Positions 51,569 through 58,731 of a stretch of DNA of 58,731 nt are shown in pieces. Numbering within the stretch: position 1 is the stretch's first letter; the number at the start of each line of letters is the position of its first letter. The notes beneath the pieces are model-generated. The model saw only the letters and a list, made by a program, of their open reading frames with translations, was not told where the DNA came from and did not search any database. Location of the stretch: IMG/VR virus record IMGVR_UViG_3300037408_000723, positions 1 through 58,731 of that record; one strand, given 5' to 3'. The position numbers and the translations under genes were made by a program. Origin of the DNA: a virus (lineage: Duplodnaviria; Caudoviricetes).

Positions 51569-51601
51569 TTTTAAAGTAGCAAATTCCGAAAATACATATA
51601 T
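51569..51601 (+). promoter_or_regulatory. 34-bp conserved element, copy 5
   Basis: First 33 nt identical; upstream of the sigma gene. Confidence 0.85.
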
Positions 51602-51619
51602 GAGTGTAAGGGGATATTA

Positions 51620-52522
51620 ATGAATGTTAATCATGATATAGGGTATTATCTAGATCGTTGCCGTAACACAAGGATGTTAGGTAAAGATGAAGAAAGGGCT
51701 TTACTTGATCTCGCTCAAGGGGGTGATCAAGAAGCTTTGGATAAACTAGTATATCATAACATGCCCCTTGTTATAAAATTAGCTAAAAGGTATATTCAAG
51801 GGTGTGATTTTCTAGGATTATCAGATTTAATAGACGAGGGTGTAATGGGGCTTATGAGGGCGATAAGTAAGTTTGATTATAAAAATTTTGATTGTCGTTT
51901 TACAACATATGCCACACCATGGTTACAGTCTTTTCTTGGTAGGGCAAAGGTATCCCAAGATAATTTCATATATATACCACCACATGCCCAAAAAAAATTA
52001 GAACTAATTCAAAGAGTTTATAATCTGGCGTCTCAGTTTAATGATTCAGATGAAGAGTGTTTTGATCAGATATCTAAACAATTAGGTACTGATGAGATAC
52101 GTGAGGCAGAAGAATTATATCAAATGGAGTTAGATACTTTTTCTATGGAAAGCGTAGTAGGTAATGGGGATTTTATGTTTGAAGATATCATATTAGAAGA
52201 TTGTACTATAAAATCAAACGAAGAAAAAATAGAAGATAGCATTGATATGGGGATATTTATTAACGCTTGTTTCGATGTATCGCGTCTAGAATTATTAAAA
52301 CAAAATAGAAGAAATTTATCAAAGGTAGTTTCTGAGGATCTTTATAAAATGAAGGTAATAATTTGTCATACCTTTGGCGTAGCTGGTTGGGATGAATTAC
52401 CAGTAAAAGATATTCAAAGTAGGTATGATATACTACCAGAGTGCTTCGAACAATTAAAAAAGAGAGCGTTATTAGAATTAAAACACTTTTTAATGGAGGT
52501 TGATTATTTATATGAAACGTAA
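51620..52522 (+). CDS. Phage sigma70-family factor
   Basis: Regions 1.2 and 2 (EERALL..GD.EALDKLVYHNMPLVIKLAKRY, DLIDEGVMGLMRAISKFD, RFTTYA); divergent region 4. Confidence 0.9.
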   Translation: MNVNHDIGYYLDRCRNTRMLGKDEERALLDLAQGGDQEALDKLVYHNMPLVIKLAKRYIQGCDFLGLSDLIDEGVMGLMRAISKFDYKNFDCRFTTYATPWLQSFLGRAKVSQDNFIYIPPHAQKKLELIQRVYNLASQFNDSDEECFDQISKQLGTDEIREAEELYQMELDTFSMESVVGNGDFMFEDIILEDCTIKSNEEKIEDSIDMGIFINACFDVSRLELLKQNRRNLSKVVSEDLYKMKVIICHTFGVAGWDELPVKDIQSRYDILPECFEQLKKRALLELKHFLMEVDYLYET

Positions 52523-52775
52523 ACCTCGGATATCTCCGGTAAAGCCATTCTCTGATATGACTAATGAGGAGATTATACGCGTGGCTAAAGCCAGGGTTTT
52601 TACAAAATATATGTTATTCACAGCTGTGTGGGATATATTAATGGAACAGTCGCGTAAAATATATCCTAATAAAAGTTGTTTTGAAGCAGCTAAAGAAGTA
52701 GCTTATAATAGAAATATATCTTTAAAGAATAAGGAATTTGTGGCTTTGATGGAAAATGTTTGGGGGGATAACTAA
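52512..52775 (+). CDS. Hypothetical protein
   Basis: Fills the operon gap (MKRKPRISP...). The track's TTG start at 52500 is also possible; GGAGG lies at 52495. Confidence 0.55.
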   Translation: MKRKPRISPVKPFSDMTNEEIIRVAKARVFTKYMLFTAVWDILMEQSRKIYPNKSCFEAAKEVAYNRNISLKNKEFVALMENVWGDN

Positions 52776-53191
52776 TGTCTTTTAAAATATTTATTTGTAA
52801 AAATTGCAATAATATTGTTAAGGTAGAGGAACCTAATGGTCAAAATTGCCCAGATTGTGGTGTGCATAGTTGTACTTATATTTTTAAATATTTCCCAAAG
52901 GTGTACCATAAATGTAAGAGATGTGGGAAGGAGTTTGAAAAAACTAATATAATAACAGATGTATCTTGCAAAGTGTGTCAAAGTAGTAATATGGAAAAGT
53001 ACGAGCATGTTGACTCTGCTCCGGCTATACACTATAAATCTAATACTGGATTAGTGCTTAAAGGCCAACATAAAGATGGATGGGATTGGGGACATAAGCA
53101 GCCAAATCCACTAGAAGGGCATAAAATAACACAAGAAGAACGACAAGATATAGAAAAGAAACTTTTTACAAAAGGGGCTAATCAGCTGTGA
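52775..53191 (+). CDS. Tandem FmdB-like zinc-ribbon protein
   Basis: Four CxxC pairs followed by SAPAIHYK. Confidence 0.7.
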   Translation: MSFKIFICKNCNNIVKVEEPNGQNCPDCGVHSCTYIFKYFPKVYHKCKRCGKEFEKTNIITDVSCKVCQSSNMEKYEHVDSAPAIHYKSNTGLVLKGQHKDGWDWGHKQPNPLEGHKITQEERQDIEKKLFTKGANQL

Positions 53192-55155
53192 AGTATTACT
53201 TAATAGATAAAGAGTATGATTTTTCAGAAGGAAGTCATGGGTTGAAAATAGCCTTTGATTCCAAAAAAGATTTATACGCTTTTCTAGAGGAGCGGGATGG
53301 CGCACAAAAAATGAATAGCATTCGTAAAATGCTCATGTCTACTACACTTGAAAATCGTATAAAGTATAAGTGTAAAAAAGGGTCATTACACTCTGGTAGG
53401 ACACATGCTTATGGGTATAGACTTGTAATAGCTATTGATGAAGAGAGCTACAAAAGTAAAGAGGATCAATTACGTGATTTAGTTAGCCAAAATAATATGC
53501 CGTCTTGTTTGGTAGGAACACCTATTTTTAAAAAACATTTTGATAGTAAACTTGACTCATTATATATAGCATACGCTAAAGCATATAATGCTGGTAAGTA
53601 TACCCGTGGAGAGTTACTCCCGTATGGTATAACTAAAAATTCTATAGAGTTAGTCGGGGGGATGCAGGAACTATCAAGAGCGTCTAGAGAAAATCACCCA
53701 GAGTTATTCGTAGATATTGTTATAGATGAATACTACACCGCTGAGTATGTAAAAAATGTATCTGATGTAGTTTCTAATAATAAAAAGAATTTTATAATAA
53801 CTACAGCTGTTGCAAATGGTAAAGTTGATGAATCTTTACTATCATCACTAAAAACATTTTGTAAGGTACGTGATGCGGCTATACTTATTATGCTTGTGGC
53901 GGATAATCAACGGGATGTCGCTGACGGGTATAAGATAGACCGTAGGCTACTTCCGGACGATAATTTTAAAGATATATATTTTATTTTTGAACATACCGCT
54001 TTAAACTCTAATCTTATGTTGTGTACTATAAAGGCTAGTACTAAAATGAAAAACCCTTTATTAGATTTAGCTTCTATAGCGCAGACAATGGGTAAATCTC
54101 TAATATCTGCGTCACCAAAACAAGATCTACATTCTGTACCTATAGGTAATAGAGCTATGCCTCATATGGTTATGACCACAGGAGCTGTAACTAAACCATA
54201 TTATACATCAAAAGAGTATATGAGTCAGAGATTAGTGTATATAGCACATTCTACACAAATTATGGGGGCTATAATAGTAGAGATTAAAGATGATACGGTA
54301 TTCTTTTTTAGGCAGCTTCAAGCTAATAACGAGGATGGGTCTATCACAGATTTGGGTGTTAAGTATTTACCAGATGGGACTTGGAAAAATAATCCGCCGG
54401 AGTATCTAGTAGAAGAGCATCATACATTAGCAACCCAGCCAGATGTTAAACAATGCTTTTTTAATATTGCTCGTAATACAGGGGCATGTGGGGCGGTAGA
54501 GCATGACATATTCGACGGTATATCTGTAAATCCACATGAATCAGTAACTTTTACTACAAAAAGCAGTCACTTTATAACATTAGAGGAGGAGCTTTTGTGT
54601 TTAGTAAAAGAGTTAGAGGAATTAGTAGAAAACTATGGAAATATTGTTATAGTAGCATCTAATCATAATGAGTTTTTAAAAAGATATTTAGATAGAGGGG
54701 CTTATAAACAAGAACCATGCAATCACAATATTGGGCTGGTTTTGGATTTAGCTTATTCGAAGGGTAATGACCCTCTAAAATATGCGGTAGAGGTTTTATT
54801 TGATTTTAAGTATAAAGATAGATTACTGTGGTTGGAGCGTGATGAAGACTTTACTGTTGGTGGGTATCAGTTAGGTGCCCATGGGGACTTAGGACCTAAC
54901 GGTAGTAGGGGGTCTGTGCCTAATACTCGAAGAGCTTATTCAAGATCCATATCCGGGCACACGCATGTACCATGGATTTCTGGAAACACTATTTCGATAG
55001 GTACTACTACATATCTTAAACTAGCCTATAATAGAGGACCTTCTTCTTGGATGCACGGATGCGCTTTAGTTTACCTAGATGGTTCTCGTCAATTAGTAAT
55101 ACCCATTAATGGGGAGTATACCACTTTTGATATGTTAGGAGAATGTTGTGGATAA
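53188..55155 (+). CDS. T5 A1-like metallophosphoesterase/nuclease
   Basis: FIITTA, MTTGAVT..Y, GAIIVE, HDIFDG.SVNPH, SNHNEFL.RYL, HGDLGPNGSRGS, GHTH and YNRGPSSW. Confidence 0.75.
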   Translation: MKYYLIDKEYDFSEGSHGLKIAFDSKKDLYAFLEERDGAQKMNSIRKMLMSTTLENRIKYKCKKGSLHSGRTHAYGYRLVIAIDEESYKSKEDQLRDLVSQNNMPSCLVGTPIFKKHFDSKLDSLYIAYAKAYNAGKYTRGELLPYGITKNSIELVGGMQELSRASRENHPELFVDIVIDEYYTAEYVKNVSDVVSNNKKNFIITTAVANGKVDESLLSSLKTFCKVRDAAILIMLVADNQRDVADGYKIDRRLLPDDNFKDIYFIFEHTALNSNLMLCTIKASTKMKNPLLDLASIAQTMGKSLISASPKQDLHSVPIGNRAMPHMVMTTGAVTKPYYTSKEYMSQRLVYIAHSTQIMGAIIVEIKDDTVFFFRQLQANNEDGSITDLGVKYLPDGTWKNNPPEYLVEEHHTLATQPDVKQCFFNIARNTGACGAVEHDIFDGISVNPHESVTFTTKSSHFITLEEELLCLVKELEELVENYGNIVIVASNHNEFLKRYLDRGAYKQEPCNHNIGLVLDLAYSKGNDPLKYAVEVLFDFKYKDRLLWLERDEDFTVGGYQLGAHGDLGPNGSRGSVPNTRRAYSRSISGHTHVPWISGNTISIGTTTYLKLAYNRGPSSWMHGCALVYLDGSRQLVIPINGEYTTFDMLGECCG

Positions 55156-55291
55156 AGATTCTAAGAAGAAAAAGAAAAGTATGTTTGAAACATTAGTAGA
55201 GTCCCAGAATGATTTGTTTCACATGTTTGGTATTGGGGGTAACAAGGAAAAAGATTCTTCTATTCCGCGGGTTGATAAGGGAGGAAAATGA
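55148..55291 (+). CDS. 47-aa peptide coupled to tldD (not in the ORF track)
   Basis: AGGAG at 55137-55141, GTG at 55148, and a TGA that overlaps the tldD ATG. Confidence 0.55.
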   Translation: MDKDSKKKKKSMFETLVESQNDLFHMFGIGGNKEKDSSIPRVDKGGK

Positions 55292-57357
55292 TGTCAAAGA
55301 AAAAAAGTAATGAAGACACCAATTCAGAAGATTTTGATAACCCGGGGGATCCTGTAGAATATTTGGAAGATACTAAAGGAGTATTAGAAGGGGTGTTTAC
55401 AAATAAGGATAGATATGCATCCTTGAAGAATGATTTCGCCAATGTGGTAGAGCAAGGTTTAGAATCTTATCAGGAAAGTACCCCTGGGAGGGCGATTGAT
55501 TACATTGCTGTGCGCCTTATGAGTACCCACGGTGTTTTTGTTCGAACAGATGAATGCGGTAATATCTATGTGTCTATGTCCGGATTTGAATATGATACAA
55601 AAACAAAAGAAACATCTAATAAAAAAATAGCCATAGGTTTAAATATTGAAACAGCGACTAAAACAAAGTATACTACATCAACGGACCTTATGAAGAGAAA
55701 AACATCGACCCCTAAAAACTTCGAAATTATTTCTGCGGTATATGAGGCATCAGCCAAAACAATAGAAATGGCGCAAGAAGAGGGAACTAAGGTACAACGT
55801 AAGCTAGACGAAACTGAAAAGCCGTTTTACGGTTTTGTTGACACTGATGGAAGTGAGTTAACAATATCTTATGATGACAATAAGTCTATTAGTATAAATG
55901 ATATAGTTGAACTAGTAACCGTAGCACGCCAGACTGTTACAGATAAATTAGGGGCTAAATTAAAAGATGTGCAGGTATTATTTTTCAAGTCCATTGATTC
56001 CAGAGTAATAGCAGACAGTTCTGGTACAAAAAAAGATTCTGCTGTACCTTATATAGGATTCGTAGTAAGCATAGAGACAAAAGATGGCAACATAGTATAT
56101 GAGTCAATTCGTGGTGTTGGTAATATGGAGGCCCTTAGGCGATATACTAAACACACGGAGGAAGAGAAATCATTAAAAGATATAGTTCAGGAATTGGCAG
56201 TAAAGGCTGCCGGGCAAGCTTTAGATATGGATAGGGCACAAAACACATCTATATTAGGCTCTGATGCGTCTATTGTTTTTTCTGATACAACTACGGGTGT
56301 ATTTATTCATGAAATGCTTGGGCATCCTTCTGAAGCTGATATTATATTAGAAAATAAAAGGGATAAGACAGCTGAATTAAATTTAAAGAGCCGTATAGGT
56401 GGGACAGTTATTGAAAACACGTCTTTTAACATGGTAGATTCTTCAGAAATGAATTTTAATTTGGGAGAATATTCCCTTCGTAATGCTTGGGGATCTATCC
56501 CATTTGATGATCACGGAACATCTAAAAAGACAACTAACATAGTCACTAGGGGAGTGTTTACTAATCCCTTAACTGATAGGTATACCTTTAAAGAAGTAGC
56601 GGAGGGGTTATCCTCGGATATTAAAGATAATATTGAATCGCATGGTCTGACTTGTAATTCTAGAACGCCGGATTACAAACATGTAACTCAAGTGCGTATG
56701 ACAAATACTTATTTGGATCCCGATGAAAAAGGTCCAAAATCCGTAGAAGAGATGGCAGGTCTAATATCAAAAAATAAGAAAGGAGTTTATCTTAAATCAT
56801 GCGCAGGTGGGTGGGTTAACCCTGATTCCGGGGAATTCTGTATTAAAGGTAACTTAGGATATCTTATTGAAAATGGTGTTATAACAGATAAGCCTATAAA
56901 AGATATCACAATTATGGGTAATATTGCTAAAGTAGGTAATAATATACGGTCCATTGGAGCATCTAGCACTATTAAAAAATCTTTTACAGGATATTGTGGA
57001 AAGAGATCAGAAAAAGATTCTGATACAGCGTGGGTACCAACCGAGGGTGCTGGACCGGCCATTTTAGTGGATTCTATGCAAATAGGTTCTTTATCCTCAT
57101 CGAGATGGCTAAAGTTAAGTAAAGAGTACATAAAGCAGAATCTAGAAATAAATAATCGCCAGCGTAGAATTGAGGAGTACCACTTAACAGGTATTGATGA
57201 TATTGTTAATATCTCAGATCATAGTCGTATATGCGCTATATTTAATTATACTATTGAGGACGAGATTATTTTATTGACAAATGGTTTGAAAGACCTTACA
57301 ACATTTAAATTGAATGATAAGGGAAATGTTGTGTCGTCTACATCTAAATTTGAATAG
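55288..57357 (+). CDS. tldD: TldD-family zinc metalloprotease
   Basis: GVFIHEMLGHPSEAD, VRMTNTY, GGWVNP.SGEF and GYCGK..VP...GP. Confidence 0.9.
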   Translation: MMSKKKSNEDTNSEDFDNPGDPVEYLEDTKGVLEGVFTNKDRYASLKNDFANVVEQGLESYQESTPGRAIDYIAVRLMSTHGVFVRTDECGNIYVSMSGFEYDTKTKETSNKKIAIGLNIETATKTKYTTSTDLMKRKTSTPKNFEIISAVYEASAKTIEMAQEEGTKVQRKLDETEKPFYGFVDTDGSELTISYDDNKSISINDIVELVTVARQTVTDKLGAKLKDVQVLFFKSIDSRVIADSSGTKKDSAVPYIGFVVSIETKDGNIVYESIRGVGNMEALRRYTKHTEEEKSLKDIVQELAVKAAGQALDMDRAQNTSILGSDASIVFSDTTTGVFIHEMLGHPSEADIILENKRDKTAELNLKSRIGGTVIENTSFNMVDSSEMNFNLGEYSLRNAWGSIPFDDHGTSKKTTNIVTRGVFTNPLTDRYTFKEVAEGLSSDIKDNIESHGLTCNSRTPDYKHVTQVRMTNTYLDPDEKGPKSVEEMAGLISKNKKGVYLKSCAGGWVNPDSGEFCIKGNLGYLIENGVITDKPIKDITIMGNIAKVGNNIRSIGASSTIKKSFTGYCGKRSEKDSDTAWVPTEGAGPAILVDSMQIGSLSSSRWLKLSKEYIKQNLEINNRQRRIEEYHLTGIDDIVNISDHSRICAIFNYTIEDEIILLTNGLKDLTTFKLNDKGNVVSSTSKFE

Positions 57358-57367
57358 GAGTATATAA

Positions 57368-57832
57368 ATGGTATCACAAAATGAAATAGATAATTTTAAT
57401 TTGAACTTTACTTTAATAAGAAGAGAGTTACGCGAAGCGTCTAAGATTATGCACAATTGGATTAGTGTTAATGAGGGATTATCAAAAAAGATTGATCCTG
57501 CCTTGATAGACTCTGTTTTAAGGCCTATATTAGAGGAAATAACATTATCAAGTAGGTTTATTAATAAAGAGATGGACGGATTAATAAAAAATGCAAATAG
57601 TTTGCTTCGCCTTATTGAGAATCAAGAAAATTTTTTAAAGAAATCGGAGGAGTCTATGAAGGCTGTTCCTGCTAATCCAGTACTGGAGGACAATAAAGAA
57701 ATGATTAAAGATGTAGAAGAACTTAAAGAAGAATGGCGTGAAGCAGAAGAGTCTTTGCAGGAGAAAAAGGACGTAAAAAAAGATATTGGTGAACGCCTTC
57801 GTAAAGCTCGTGGACCTAAAAAGGCTGATTAA
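57368..57832 (+). CDS. Hypothetical coiled-coil protein
   Basis: RBS AGGAG; charged helical sequence. Confidence 0.6.
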   Translation: MVSQNEIDNFNLNFTLIRRELREASKIMHNWISVNEGLSKKIDPALIDSVLRPILEEITLSSRFINKEMDGLIKNANSLLRLIENQENFLKKSEESMKAVPANPVLEDNKEMIKDVEELKEEWREAEESLQEKKDVKKDIGERLRKARGPKKAD

Positions 57833-58731
57833 ATGATTAGAGAATTGGATAATATCAAAAGTATAAAGGCCATAGAGATCGAAAATCTTTATCGTTTAAT
57901 AAAAGAAATACGGCAAGAATATATACAAGAAAATGTTAAAAATAATACTTTTGAGATATCGAAGTATGAGCAATTTGTTACCTTTAGTAATTTGATAGAG
58001 GTGATATTAACATTAGCATCTATGCTTGATGTTGGTAAAGGCCTGTTTTGTGTTGGCGAAAATAATCGTTACAATTTTGATTTGCGCGAAGGCGCAATAC
58101 GGTTGTTTATTAACCACTTTACAAAAGGGTCTTTTGTAAATAAAGCCTTAGGATTATTAGGGTTAGATACCACAGAATTGATAGATGTACTAAGTTCTTT
58201 TATACAATCAATATATGGGTTAGCAAGTGTATATAAAAACTTTTTATATAACTTGCAGAAATATTTAGAGGCCCATAAGAATGCCGCAGAAATATATAAT
58301 AAATATACAGGGGTTGCTATTGAAGAGTGCTATGATATAACTAAGTGTCATATATACGCCAACCATAAAGCTTTCCCAGAGACAGAGGATTTTGAAAATT
58401 TCTTAAATTCACACGGAGATATTGTAGCTGGAACATATAACTTCATAATATTTGATTTATTGAATGTAATAATAGATTTAGATGAGAAAAGTGTAGAGCT
58501 AATAATTAAAGCTTTGGCGGATAATACTGATGGCCTCAATAACTTATCAGTTATTAAAATGGTCTTATCAATGCAGAAGGCCCTCTCAGAGAGTCGTGAC
58601 TCTGGTATTTTAGATATATTTATAACATTTTTAGAGTCACTTACGCTAAAGTATATAGACGATTTTCAGAATCGTTTTATTGAAATACGTGATGAATTGT
58701 ATACAAAGCAGGAGCAAGAAAACTATGTATC
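57833..58731 (+). CDS. Hypothetical helical protein, 3'-truncated by the window
   Basis: ATG directly follows the previous TAA; MIRELDNIKSIKAIEIENLY... is open to the window end. Confidence 0.7.
   Translation, partial: MIRELDNIKSIKAIEIENLYRLIKEIRQEYIQENVKNNTFEISKYEQFVTFSNLIEVILTLASMLDVGKGLFCVGENNRYNFDLREGAIRLFINHFTKGSFVNKALGLLGLDTTELIDVLSSFIQSIYGLASVYKNFLYNLQKYLEAHKNAAEIYNKYTGVAIEECYDITKCHIYANHKAFPETEDFENFLNSHGDIVAGTYNFIIFDLLNVIIDLDEKSVELIIKALADNTDGLNNLSVIKMVLSMQKALSESRDSGILDIFITFLESLTLKYIDDFQNRFIEIRDELYTKQEQENYV

Noticed and set aside
27854-51601. 34-bp repeats as a CRISPR array or transposon ends
   Set aside because: Copies are 1.8-12.7 kb apart, all direct, with no spacer-sized intervals and no cas, transposase or integrase gene in the window.
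4288-58539. Minus-strand ORFs in the track, and the nested + ORF 44410-44613
   Set aside because: They lie within or across longer, motif-supported + strand genes and have no recognisable motifs, so they are treated as shadow ORFs.
1-58731. Stop-codon reassignment
   Set aside because: TAA, TAG and TGA all end full-length genes, and coding density is high under the standard code.
1-58731. tRNA or structured ncRNA genes
   Set aside because: Intergenic gaps are short and accounted for by hairpins, motifs or small ORFs. No cloverleaf was seen by eye; tRNAscan and Infernal were not run.

Overview
An AT-rich segment of a large lytic myovirus genome with SPO1/Herelleviridae-like gene order; the host cannot be identified from this window. 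All credible genes are on the + strand and use the standard code. 1-27.4 kb is the virion module: a repeat-rich fibre gene cut by the left edge, neck, sheath, tube, chaperones, tape measure, baseplate and a 1674-aa fibre. 27.5-47 kb holds replication and recombination genes (DnaB, primase, PolA, UvsY-like, SSB, RecA, 5'-3' exonuclease, SbcDC, dNMP kinase) plus a PiT phosphate transporter and two M15 peptidases. 47-58.7 kb holds terminase, an isolated fibre gene, a divergent sigma70, a T5 A1-like nuclease and a solo TldD protease. Best leads: (1) a near-invariant 34-bp intergenic element in five copies, including upstream of the sigma gene and of a possibly virion-packaged, sigma-like 584-aa protein; (2) a +1 frameshift site (TTT CGA) between the tail chaperone ORFs; (3) an unannotated 47-aa peptide coupled to TldD; (4) near-identical DNA cassettes shared by two fibre genes about 23 kb apart. 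All family calls are by-eye motif recognition, not database results.
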